Below, in pieces: positions 1 through 8,160 of a stretch of 31,244 bases of DNA (the stretch's first letter is position 1; each line of letters opens with the position of its first letter). This stretch comes from a virus, in IMG/VR virus record IMGVR_UViG_3300006733_000010; one strand, given 5' to 3'. Below the pieces are notes generated by a model. The model did no database searches, was not told the origin of the DNA, and saw only the letters and a program-made list of their open reading frames with translations. Both the position numbers and the translations under genes were made by a program.

Positions 1-123
1 CCGATACCGACGTTGCCGTTCTGTTTCAGCCACATTACATTGGAATTATTTATGTCAAATCTGATGTATGCGTTAGTACCATATGCCCCATCTTCGTCGG
101 CAGCTAGGATCATAGCACCATGA
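1..123. repeat. Left copy of the exact 123-nt terminal overlap (circular junction or terminal redundancy)
   Basis: nt 1-123 are identical base for base to 31122-31244. The internal paralogous copy at 922-1044 differs (ccgatGccg, gcgtCag), so the two ends are the same locus. Confidence 0.9.
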
Positions 124-2237
124 CTATTTTGGATTTCATTATAGGAATCTCCGTCAGTATCGTTGAACCTGATAAAAGGTTGAGCTGATGCTATCTCTAT
201 TAGTCTGTTAGGTGATATTGTCCCGATGCCGACGTTGCCGTCATGGTGTAATACTAACTGATTAGTATTCGTTCCACCAGAAGCACCAGATTCTAAATAT
301 AAGTCAGCAGGAACATTTGTGCCACTTGCAATACCATTCTGTATTGCCTTAATAATAGCCCCATAAGTATAATCACTATCGCTATCTACTCCATGGAAAC
401 CAATAACCCCCAATAAATCACCATCATCAGTTTCTGCTTTCGTACCAATTGTGTCTGAATCAGATTTACGCAGAAAAAGATTCGACCGAGATGCCCCATC
501 ATCAAACGTATCAACAACTACATTAGATTGGGCATTACTGTCAGCGACATTTAATCCACCACCAGAGGCAATAGCTGGTGACGCAGTCCCGATGCCGACG
601 TTGCCGTCCTTATCAATTCTCATATATTCAGAACTACCGCCTGTGCCAGTCATAAACACAAGTTCTCCTATATTATCCCCTTCCTTCCTTACCGCTGCAA
701 TAGCCCCTATCTTATTTACTACAGCTTCATCGTCCTGGACATTAAATGTAAGTGCCGTGCCCCATCCGTTACCCATAGCAGCAACCTTCGTTGCTAAAAG
801 ACGAGCAGATGTCCATGCTACGTTAGCAGCAGCAGGTTCAAATCTTTCAAATAAAGCTGTTGTGCCAGCTCCACCCGTTGCAGCAGTCTGAACATGTAAT
901 AAACCAGCTGGCCCCGTTGTCCCGATGCCGACGTTGCCGTTCTGTTTCAGCCACATTACATTGGAATTATTTATGTCAAATCTGATGTATGCGTCAGTAC
1001 CATATGCCCCATCTTCGTCGGCAGCTAGGATCATAGCACCATGACTATTTTGGATTTCATTATAGGAATCTCCGTCAGTATCGTTGAACCTGATAAAAGG
1101 TTTAGCTGATGCTATCTCTATTAGTCTGTTAGGTGATATTGTCCCGATGCCGACATTGCCGTCTTTTATAACCATTCTATCGGCAAATGTACCATTTGCT
1201 ATCGTTCTAAACGAGAAGAAAGCATCTTCAGAACCATCAGTAGCATCGGCAATTGTTGTAAACACATTGGCATATTGTATGCGCTCTGCTGCTGAGTTGC
1301 GGCTGAAAAATGAGAATTTTCCTATCTCATCAGTTGCTGCTGGTGAAGCTGTATCTAACTCGAAAGTAAGCTCTGTTCCATATGGATCTGCATTTGTATT
1401 TTCAAGTTTTAAAATAGGGTTGGCTACGTCCGCTGTGCTTGATTGTAGATGTAGCATTGTATCGGGTGCTGTTGTCCCAATGCCGACGTTGCCAGTATCA
1501 ATTATCCTCATTTTTTCACTAAAAGCACCACTGGCCGTTATCGTATTAAATACTAAAGCACCATCCACGTTTCCCGCTGTCGCATCAGTAAGAACTACTC
1601 CTATATAACCTCCAGCCTCCATTGTTCCTTCGGTCTCTGTCTCTGCGACAAAACCAACCAAAGCACCAATACCATCAGCTCCTGCTCCACCATCATAAGA
1701 CCTTCTTACCGTAAAAGCATTGCGAGCTGTATTAGCATCAGTAGCATACTCACGTGTAAAACGTGAAGCACCAGCACTAACAACATCTAAAACAACCCCT
1801 GGTGCCGTTGTCCCAATGCCGACGTTGCCGCCATCATTAGCCAAGAACACATCAGTTCCAGAACGATTCCAAGCAGCAACTCCAGAAGGTGCGTTGGTTA
1901 TGTTGCTCCAGTCCAAAGCACCAACCAGATTTATAGCATAAACATTGTTCCATCTGAACACAGGGCTGCCTAAATCAAATGTACTGTCTACTGAAGGCAT
2001 CAATGTTCCATTGATCTGGGCAGTATTATACTGAGTTATGTTGCCTGAGAAGAAAATATCCTCAACCCATATCTCAGAAGCGTCAAATATAGATTTGTTT
2101 CTCAAGAATAAGTCAAAACCTTTCTGGAAATACAAAGAGTCTGCTCTGGCTTTGGTCAGCCAGTCCCAATAATCTGTAGCTCCAACTAAGGTAATCATAC
2201 TAATCATCATCACCGCCAAGATTATTGTTTTTTTCAT
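1..2237 (-). CDS. Giant modular fibre/adhesin, N-terminal ~745 codons; the gene crosses the window junction and continues at 31244..30014 (about 1114 aa in total)
   Basis: Absent from the ORF track because it has no stop inside the left edge. Hand check: ATG at 2237 is preceded by an in-frame TGA (2238-2240). There is no minus-strand stop in that frame from 2237 to 1. The frame is continuous with ORF 30014..31234 through the 123-nt end overlap. N-terminus MKKTIILAVMMISMITLVGATDYWDW...FDLGSPVFRWNNVY. The motif GNVGIGT (rc of gtcccgatgccgacgttgcc) recurs near 1, 221, 587, 918, 1140, 1472 and 1809. Confidence 0.8.
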   Translation of the reverse strand, partial: MKKTIILAVMMISMITLVGATDYWDWLTKARADSLYFQKGFDLFLRNKSIFDASEIWVEDIFFSGNITQYNTAQINGTLMPSVDSTFDLGSPVFRWNNVYAINLVGALDWSNITNAPSGVAAWNRSGTDVFLANDGGNVGIGTTAPGVVLDVVSAGASRFTREYATDANTARNAFTVRRSYDGGAGADGIGALVGFVAETETEGTMEAGGYIGVVLTDATAGNVDGALVFNTITASGAFSEKMRIIDTGNVGIGTTAPDTMLHLQSSTADVANPILKLENTNADPYGTELTFELDTASPAATDEIGKFSFFSRNSAAERIQYANVFTTIADATDGSEDAFFSFRTIANGTFADRMVIKDGNVGIGTISPNRLIEIASAKPFIRFNDTDGDSYNEIQNSHGAMILAADEDGAYGTDAYIRFDINNSNVMWLKQNGNVGIGTTGPAGLLHVQTAATGGAGTTALFERFEPAAANVAWTSARLLATKVAAMGNGWGTALTFNVQDDEAVVNKIGAIAAVRKEGDNIGELVFMTGTGGSSEYMRIDKDGNVGIGTASPAIASGGGLNVADSNAQSNVVVDTFDDGASRSNLFLRKSDSDTIGTKAETDDGDLLGVIGFHGVDSDSDYTYGAIIKAIQNGIASGTNVPADLYLESGASGGTNTNQLVLHHDGNVGIGTISPNRLIEIASAQPFIRFNDTDGDSYNEIQNSHGAMILAADEDGAYGTNAYIRFDINNSNVMWLKQNGNVGI
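922..1164. repeat. Intragenic direct repeat: 243 nt about 98% identical to nt 1-243 (one whole fibre module)
   Basis: Aligned by eye, I count 4 mismatches in 243 nt (a/g at position 6, gcgtTag/gcgtCag, aaggttGagc/aaggttTagc, gacGttgcc/gacAttgcc). Confidence 0.85.
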
Positions 2238-2245
2238 TCATATTT

Positions 2246-2914
2246 TTATGGTGGGGAACCACCAATTGATTTAGCAACCTGCATAAAGCTTGAGCCAAAC
2301 TTATCGAATGACTCAGCTATCCTGTTAGGAGCTTTAACGCTTGCCCATACTGCAAATCCTGCTGCAATCAAGCAGAACACGACAGTCGCAACCGTCATAA
2401 ACATGATACGCTTATGTGCGTCTTCACTTTGGTAGGCTTGGTTTGCTTCCTGTGTACTAAGCATATTCCAATATTGCCATTCAGGCTTTAATGCTGTAAA
2501 ATCACTGATTGTGCCTTCTTCAACTATTAAAGAAGGCATATGCCTAAATTCATTCTCTCCAACCCTAAGCAAAGGAACTTTGTTTCCTGGTTTTACATAG
2601 TTTTGGTCAATCAGATCAGGAGGTAATGTCTTCCTACTGAACAGGAAATGGGTTTTCTCAACACCTTTAACCTTGATCTTCCTTGCCCGATCATGTTTAT
2701 AACCGATTATCTCTGCTGTTGTCCCCCCTTTACTTATGTGAAGGATGGGCCAAGTTACCTTATACTTATACTGTATGAACAGGTATATCAACACAAATAC
2801 CGCAAGTATGACAACTGCGGTTAAGGTATATCCCATATACCTTACTAACGCATCAATCATCTGAGTGTTGAACACGTTTCCTAATGCGCTTCCTATACTC
2901 TTTGGATCTACCAT
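2246..2914 (-). CDS. Membrane protein, 222 aa, N- and C-terminal TM helices
   Basis: Track ORF. GGAGGTTAGCTAAAAATG initiation region. Hydrophobic segments YTLTAVVILAVFVLIYLFIQY and MFMTVATVVFCLIAAGFAVWASV. Confidence 0.7.
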   Translation of the reverse strand: MVDPKSIGSALGNVFNTQMIDALVRYMGYTLTAVVILAVFVLIYLFIQYKYKVTWPILHISKGGTTAEIIGYKHDRARKIKVKGVEKTHFLFSRKTLPPDLIDQNYVKPGNKVPLLRVGENEFRHMPSLIVEEGTISDFTALKPEWQYWNMLSTQEANQAYQSEDAHKRIMFMTVATVVFCLIAAGFAVWASVKAPNRIAESFDKFGSSFMQVAKSIGGSPP

Positions 2915-2965
2915 TTTTAGCTAACCTCCTTTGGGCAATTCTAGTGGTATGATGTCTTTTCGAGA

Positions 2966-3466
2966 CTATAAACCTGGAATCTTGAAATCCTCAAGGTTGG
3001 GCATTTTCCTTTGAGGCTCTCTTTCCTCTCCGTTACTTACCAATATTGTCCTAGTCTTACCTTTCTTCTTCCTTTTAATCCTTCTGAATCTTGATCTCTT
3101 TGGTGGAACAAAACTTTTTGCTAATCTTGTCAAGGCTCCGCCTTCTCTAACTCGCTTCCTTGCTCTTTCTACAGCTACCTTTTTTTCTTCTTCTACTCGA
3201 GCTTTAAACGCTACGTCCCTTATCTCTTTTCTTTCTTCTCTTAACGCTGCTCTCCTCTCTGAACTTTCCTTTAATCTTGCTTTGATATTATGGATAAATC
3301 CTTGCCTATTCTTGTTGTATGGCTCACAATCCATAACGTTCACTACCTTATCTCCATCAGCATCTCTTGTAGGTCGCTTTGCGTCTACTCCAAGCAAACT
3401 AATCGTTTTTTTCTGTGGTGGAAACACATTCTTTGGTTTCCCAAGCATTTTTTTTATGTCTTTCAT
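2966..3466 (-). CDS. Highly basic Lys/Arg-rich protein with one thrombospondin-type-3-like Asp/Cys motif; candidate nucleic-acid-binding virion protein
   Basis: Track ORF. Motif DADGDKVVNVMDCEPYNKNRQ, then RRAALREERKEIR..KRSRFRRIKRKKKGKTR. The ATG lies 1 nt after the stop of the upstream micro-ORF. Confidence 0.65.
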   Translation of the reverse strand: MKDIKKMLGKPKNVFPPQKKTISLLGVDAKRPTRDADGDKVVNVMDCEPYNKNRQGFIHNIKARLKESSERRAALREERKEIRDVAFKARVEEEKKVAVERARKRVREGGALTRLAKSFVPPKRSRFRRIKRKKKGKTRTILVSNGEEREPQRKMPNLEDFKIPGL

Positions 3467-3467
3467 G

Positions 3468-3584
3468 TTACTTTCTCCTTGCTCGCCTTGCCTTTCTAAG
3501 GTTGCGCAACATCCTATCTTTCTTTTTTTTATAGTCAGTCCTCCTTACTCTAAGGTGGCCCTTGACTCGTTTCTGTTTACCCAT
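3468..3584 (-). CDS. 38-aa extremely basic micro-protein (protamine-like)
   Basis: Below the ORF-track size cutoff. rc reads ctAGGAGGTGAtaagtATG GGT AAA CAG..., giving MGKQKRVKGHLRVRRTDYKKKKDRMLRNLRKARRARRK*. Strong SD, tight packing between the neighbouring genes. Confidence 0.55.
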   Translation of the reverse strand: MGKQKRVKGHLRVRRTDYKKKKDRMLRNLRKARRARRK

Positions 3585-3589
3585 ACTTA

Positions 3590-3892
3590 TCACCTCCTAG
3601 GTTTCTTATATTTCAAACTGATTTTGCTCTTTGGAAACTTCTTTACCTGTTTGAATGCGTGCTTTGCCATCATTGCAGCTCCAACTGGTGCCATCAATCC
3701 ACCTGCTGTTGCAAATGCTGGTCCTACTATTGCTCCACCACCTGCTGCTGCTGCAATGCCTGATCCAATACCTAATGTGACTCCAGCTCCGACAAATCCA
3801 CCTACGTCACGCTGTAACTCGCTACTTCTTCTCCTCCTTGGCATCTTTTTCCTCCTTTGGTTTGGGCAAAATATTTTTCTTAACCAACTCAT
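3590..3892 (-). CDS. Small Gly/Ala-rich membrane protein with basic ends (probable true start at 3844, 84 aa)
   Basis: Track ORF. The internal Met (MPRRRRSSELQRDVGGFVGAGVTLGIGSGIAAAAGGGAIVGP...) has a perfect SD, AAGGAGGaaaaagATG. Confidence 0.6.
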   Translation of the reverse strand: MSWLRKIFCPNQRRKKMPRRRRSSELQRDVGGFVGAGVTLGIGSGIAAAAGGGAIVGPAFATAGGLMAPVGAAMMAKHAFKQVKKFPKSKISLKYKKPRR

Positions 3893-3953
3893 TGTGTATG
3901 TAGTTTATTTTTTCGTCAAGCTCGATAAGAGCTTGGTATACTGTATGGTCCAT
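3822..3953 (-). CDS. 43-aa hypothetical protein (MDHTVYQALIELDEKINYIHNELVKKNILPKPKEEKDAKEEKK)
   Basis: Not in the track. Preceded by the same 20-nt initiation region (GGAGGTTAGCTAAAAATGG) found upstream of 2914. Confidence 0.45.
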   Translation of the reverse strand: MDHTVYQALIELDEKINYIHNELVKKNILPKPKEEKDAKEEKK

Positions 3954-3967
3954 TTTTAGCTAACCTC

Positions 3968-4585
3968 CTATCCAAATATACTTCTCCTTGGCTGTTTTTG
4001 TTCTCCTTCTGTCTTCAGGTGCTTTGCTACAATCACTTTTCCAAGATATTCTTTTTCATTGCCTCCTAATGCTCTAAAGAAAGTTGGCTCGGCTGTACTT
4101 CTGAATATTTGAACTATGATATTTGCGTCTGCAAGGTTTATCTCATAATATGAGTTCATAACTGAAATATTCCCGATAACATCGCAAGTGATGCTCCTCA
4201 ACCTGTTGAATATCCATTCTTCTTTGTACTTTGACATCATCAGGTTCTTTGAGGTTAGAGGCTGTATCAGATCAACCATCATCGCAATGGCCCTATCGTT
4301 GCACATAGGGGGTAATTCTGACTGTACCCATTCAGGAGAATCAGCTGTGCCTGTATTGATCTCTCTCCTCAACCTATGGATCATCATATCTACCTCTGGT
4401 CCTATATCCTGCTGCCATCTTGCCAGTTCTTTCTGGTCTTCCTTCTGGTCAAGCTGATATTCGGTAGAAATACCATCAGAAGCCCCAACATTCATCGTGT
4501 TCATCTCTTTGTTGGCCTGTAATTCTCTTCCTAAATCATCTTTCTTCGGTTTGAATATGCTCATGGTATCAATAACTCCTTCCAT
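3968..4585 (-). CDS. Hypothetical protein (probable start 4564, 198 aa)
   Basis: Track ORF. The ATG at 4564 overlaps the stop of micro-ORF 4561..4674 as ATGA, with AAGGAG upstream. Confidence 0.65.
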   Translation of the reverse strand: MEGVIDTMSIFKPKKDDLGRELQANKEMNTMNVGASDGISTEYQLDQKEDQKELARWQQDIGPEVDMMIHRLRREINTGTADSPEWVQSELPPMCNDRAIAMMVDLIQPLTSKNLMMSKYKEEWIFNRLRSITCDVIGNISVMNSYYEINLADANIIVQIFRSTAEPTFFRALGGNEKEYLGKVIVAKHLKTEGEQKQPRRSIFG

Positions 4586-4674
4586 TCAGACCAATCAGGC
4601 AATAGGTCTAGGTCTGCTAATAGGTATATTATAATAGTTCCAAAGATTATGAATATTACTAATTCTCTTATCAT
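4561..4674 (-). CDS. 37-aa single-TM micro-protein (MIRELVIFIIFGTIIIYLLADLDLLPDWSEWKELLIP)
   Basis: Not in the track. The ATG sits 1 nt after the stop of the 930-aa gene, and its own stop overlaps the next ATG. Confidence 0.45.
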   Translation of the reverse strand: MIRELVIFIIFGTIIIYLLADLDLLPDWSEWKELLIP

Positions 4675-4675
4675 C

Positions 4676-7468
4676 TTAAATCCTTATTGCCATCCTCCCA
4701 ACTGGGATTGGCCTTAGTTCTATTCCTGTTAACACGTCTGGTGCTTCTCCTACTTCTAGCAGATGGGTTGCCTCTAAGCTTGGGTTGTATATGGTTCTTC
4801 TCCTTAACTTCTTTTTCTTCCGCTTAACTCTCGTTTTCCCTATCAATGGTTTAGGTTTGATCTTGATGGGAGGAGGTGATGGCTTGAACAATTCCTTGTA
4901 GCTTTCTTTGTAAGATAACTTATAACTAAGTTTATATGAAGGTTTGTAACTGGGCTTATATGATGGCTTATAACTTGGCTTATATGAAGGCTTATAGCTA
5001 GGCTTGTAACTTGGTTTGTAACTAGGTTGGTATGATGGCTTGTAAGATGGTTTATAGCTAGGCTTGTAACTGGGCTTGTAGGATGGAGTATAACTCGGCT
5101 TATAGCTTGGCACATAACTTGGCTTGTAGCTTATAGCATAGCTTGGCTTGTAAGATGTTTTGTAAGATGGTACATAAGATGTTATGCTCTTATAACTTGG
5201 AGTATAATAGCTTGGCTTATAGCTCAATACTTTAGATAATTTATAACTCACTGCAAAACCTAATGGGCTAGTCAATGGTGCCCTTGTGTATGAATAAGAG
5301 CTGACAATCCTCTTAAATGGCAATGCTTTTGGCACTTTGCCACCAAGCAGTTTAAGTGCACCTGCTCCTTGAACTTCATACTCATAGATCGGCACTCTAA
5401 CACCCTCAACTTTAGTATAATATCTTGCTCTTGCCCTAAACAGTTTTGTTTCTGGTGGTATGATTGCCTCAATCTCTGACTTTATGCCTGGCACATATGC
5501 TTTGCCTTTAGGTGCTTTCTGCAATAAGAATTTATACATTGTTCCTCTACCACCAAATAATCTGCTTATCCCTTTAGGGTAAACATATACTGCTGTCGGT
5601 CTCAATCCTTGGGGGAACAGCTCTGCACCATATACTGAGCTTCCTTTGCTTACCTTCAAAAAGTATTGACTCAATGATGGGCTTGTATATAACCCTGGCA
5701 GTTCACTTGTTCCTACTTTGGTTATTGTTGTCTTTGCAAATGTCTCTGGCCCTGCGTGCCAAACTCCTAATCTCTCTTCTGTGCCTGGCAACCTATACTT
5801 TGTATCAATAAATTTCTTCATATGGACTCGTGTTGGTGCTGTTGGAAATGTTTTTTCTCCAGTTAAAACTTTGGGTTCAATTATTTCTTCTGCTAGCACT
5901 TCTTTCATACCTCTTGTTCTAATATAACCAGCAATCTTTGGCCATAATCTTGAGCCTATTCCTGTACCAATAACCATAGCACTAAGCTCTGTCGCTATCC
6001 TACCACCTGCCTCATATTTTGCTTTCCTAGTTGGCAGCATTTTAATCTGTTGGTACTTTGCCAAGCCATACACTGCTGGCAGACCAATGGCAAAACTATA
6101 TTTTATAGGTTTCCATATCTGTACACCTTTTGCTGCTAAAGCTGCACCGCCTAGCTGTAATACTCCACTTACTCCAACAAATGCTGCTGCAGTTACTGCA
6201 AACTTTAATGGCCTTTCCCTAATATCTTCATAAGCTCCACGTCTTAAGCCAGCAATAAAGTCTTTGTCTTGCTGTTTTCTTGTCACCTTAGGGCCTGCCA
6301 ACCAATCTGGCAAGTGTTCTCTCTCCCATTTCCTGATCTTGCTTTCTTCTCCTCTAATTTTCCATTCTTCAATACCTTTCATTGATGGCGTTACTTTCTT
6401 TAACCAACCAGAAATCTTTTTGTTTGCCTTTTCGTATTGAAACTTTGCTTTTTCAATAACTGTAAGTGAATGATACATTATACCAGTGCCTAGTTTTCTT
6501 TCAAATGTTGGCTGTGCTTTTGCTGTTTCTGGCACTAGAGCAAAACCACCAACATATGGAAATGATACAATCTGTTCTCCTTCAAACTGACCTTTGGCTT
6601 TGAGTTTGGTCTCTAAATGTCTGACAAACTCTTGTTTTGTTGTTGTCTCTTCTCTCATCACCTCGACTGGTGTTTCTTTTAGTTCAAGAACGCCTTTTAA
6701 TGCTTTTCTAGGTTGCCATTCTCCACGCTCCCCACTTGGCCTTACTTCTCTGATGAATAGTTCTTGTTCTCTTATGCCTGGTGGCGGTTGTTCTTCTAGT
6801 TCTACTGCTTGACCACCTACACTCTTTCTCAATGTCCAAGGACCAGTTGGTTCTCCTCTTGTACTCAGTGGTCTAACAATTAGTTCTTGTTCTTTTAGTT
6901 CAGGTTGTTCTTGTTCTACAAGTTTCACGTCATAAAATCCTTCTTGTAAACCTTTTTGTCGTGCAGCTTCAACTGTCTCCCTTGTAACTTCTCCACCCCT
7001 CACTACTGCACCTATCCTTTTCTTATGGAATGGAACTGATTTGCCTGTTTCTTTATCTATCACTTCCCTTTGTTCAGCAGGAATCCCACCCATCCTATCT
7101 CTAGCTTGCTGTAACCTTCTCTCTGCATTGCTTATTATCCTATGTTGTCTATCTAATGATCTCCTTTGTGACTTTAGTTGTTGTTGTATCATTTCAGAAC
7201 TAGGGTGTTTTATGAGTTCTATTTCCAATCTCGATATATTGTCCCGTATGCCTTGCAGTTCAGCTCTCTTTTTATTTATTAAGTTTGTCTTTTCAATGAT
7301 CTGTCTTTCATTTCCAGTTGCCCCTTGGGGTGTTGGTATCTTTTGTGTTGTTGTCTGTACTTGAGGTGTACTGGTGTTTGATATCATTGTCCAGTCAGCA
7401 GAAGGTACTACCTCACTCCTAGTAATCGTTACTGTCTTGCCTTCTGGTGTTCTAAATACTCTTACCAT
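4676..7468 (-). CDS. 930-aa structural protein: coiled-coil N-terminal half, central hydrophobic segments, C-terminal (S-Y-K-P)n tandem repeat and poly-basic tail
   Basis: Track ORF and first gene of the minus block. Heptad-like region ELQGIRDNISRLEIELIK..; TM-like FAVTAAAFVGVSGVLQLGGAALAA; about 28 SYxx tetrapeptides; KTRVKRKKKKLRRR. Confidence 0.8.
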   Translation of the reverse strand: MVRVFRTPEGKTVTITRSEVVPSADWTMISNTSTPQVQTTTQKIPTPQGATGNERQIIEKTNLINKKRAELQGIRDNISRLEIELIKHPSSEMIQQQLKSQRRSLDRQHRIISNAERRLQQARDRMGGIPAEQREVIDKETGKSVPFHKKRIGAVVRGGEVTRETVEAARQKGLQEGFYDVKLVEQEQPELKEQELIVRPLSTRGEPTGPWTLRKSVGGQAVELEEQPPPGIREQELFIREVRPSGERGEWQPRKALKGVLELKETPVEVMREETTTKQEFVRHLETKLKAKGQFEGEQIVSFPYVGGFALVPETAKAQPTFERKLGTGIMYHSLTVIEKAKFQYEKANKKISGWLKKVTPSMKGIEEWKIRGEESKIRKWEREHLPDWLAGPKVTRKQQDKDFIAGLRRGAYEDIRERPLKFAVTAAAFVGVSGVLQLGGAALAAKGVQIWKPIKYSFAIGLPAVYGLAKYQQIKMLPTRKAKYEAGGRIATELSAMVIGTGIGSRLWPKIAGYIRTRGMKEVLAEEIIEPKVLTGEKTFPTAPTRVHMKKFIDTKYRLPGTEERLGVWHAGPETFAKTTITKVGTSELPGLYTSPSLSQYFLKVSKGSSVYGAELFPQGLRPTAVYVYPKGISRLFGGRGTMYKFLLQKAPKGKAYVPGIKSEIEAIIPPETKLFRARARYYTKVEGVRVPIYEYEVQGAGALKLLGGKVPKALPFKRIVSSYSYTRAPLTSPLGFAVSYKLSKVLSYKPSYYTPSYKSITSYVPSYKTSYKPSYAISYKPSYVPSYKPSYTPSYKPSYKPSYKPSYKPSYQPSYKPSYKPSYKPSYKPSYKPSYKPSYKPSYKLSYKLSYKESYKELFKPSPPPIKIKPKPLIGKTRVKRKKKKLRRRTIYNPSLEATHLLEVGEAPDVLTGIELRPIPVGRMAIRI
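4895..5248. repeat. 12-nt coding tandem repeat (about 28 units) encoding (SYKP)n
   Basis: Repeated ggcttataactt / ggcttgtaactg variants on the + strand. Positions derived by counting 72 codons back from the stop at 4676. Confidence 0.85.
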
Positions 7469-7765
7469 CTTTGAGGTGAGAAAAAGTGCTAGCCTTAAGA
7501 AGTAATAAACACATTCGGGGGTGTTGCAATATTACCATGTTGACTAGCACCTGATTTTTGTTGAACTGTTGAGGAAATGATTTATTTGCACTAACTATAC
7601 TTGCCTTATGTATGGGTTTATATAAACTTTTCTATTTGAGAGATAGAAAGGTTTATAAAGTTTGGATTTTTTAGTACATGTAATACTATATATAATATGG
7701 GTACATACTATATATAGTATACCACCTTGTCCAGTGGGTAATAAACACTAGAAGTTAGCTAGAAA
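7469..7765. promoter_or_regulatory. Divergent intergenic control region between the minus and plus gene blocks
   Basis: No ORFs. TATA-like boxes tttatataaac (7617-7627) and gtttataaag (7651-7660). Perfect 16-bp palindrome ATACTATATATAGTAT (7705-7720) plus a half-copy tactatatata at 7684-7694. Confidence 0.6.
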
Positions 7766-8158
7766 ATGCCAAAAGATAAGATAGAAGAGCAAGAACAATC
7801 TGATTTTAATTCTGCCATCGCTACTCTCATGCGAATTGATAAGATAAAGAAGGCATTGGCTGATTCTCGACGTGGTGGGGACATACACGATTACTTTGCA
7901 TACCTTGAGGCGTACTTTTTTGAACTCCTTGCGGTTATGGACGACAAAGATGATACTGAACAGACAAAAAACTATAAAGATAACAGGACCAATTACCAAA
8001 AGATAAGGAAAGCAGAAGAGGAAGGCCAACCAAGTATTGATATGGATATAATACATGGCTTTTATGATTGGGAGATGGTGTTAAGAAACAAAGAGCAAAG
8101 CTATGGCATGAATATCTCTAAGAAATCAGACCCTAGGTATGCCTTAGCTGGTCGATAA
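7766..8158 (+). CDS. Hypothetical protein, 130 aa, first gene of the plus block
   Basis: Track ORF. Its stop is 2 nt before the next ATG. Confidence 0.7.
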   Translation: MPKDKIEEQEQSDFNSAIATLMRIDKIKKALADSRRGGDIHDYFAYLEAYFFELLAVMDDKDDTEQTKNYKDNRTNYQKIRKAEEEGQPSIDMDIIHGFYDWEMVLRNKEQSYGMNISKKSDPRYALAGR

Positions 8159-8160
8159 GA

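Noticed and set aside
451-1941. Plus-strand track ORFs 451..891, 1084..1608 and 1720..1941, with recurring VPMPTLP
   Set aside because: They are antisense shadows of the long minus-strand fibre ORF: VPMPTLP is the reverse-frame reading of GNVGIGT. They have non-ATG starts and no SD.
3282-3959. 225-aa plus-strand ORF (and 3290..3499)
   Set aside because: It lies antisense to four tightly coupled minus-strand genes with good SDs, and its composition is low-complexity and hydrophobic, typical of a shadow ORF.
4676-7468. Tape-measure protein of a tailed phage
   Set aside because: No tail, portal, terminase or HK97 capsid genes accompany it. Coiled coil plus TM segments alone are not diagnostic.
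7748-8056. 102-aa minus-strand ORF
   Set aside because: It is antisense to the first gene of the plus block and would start inside the divergent promoter region without an SD.
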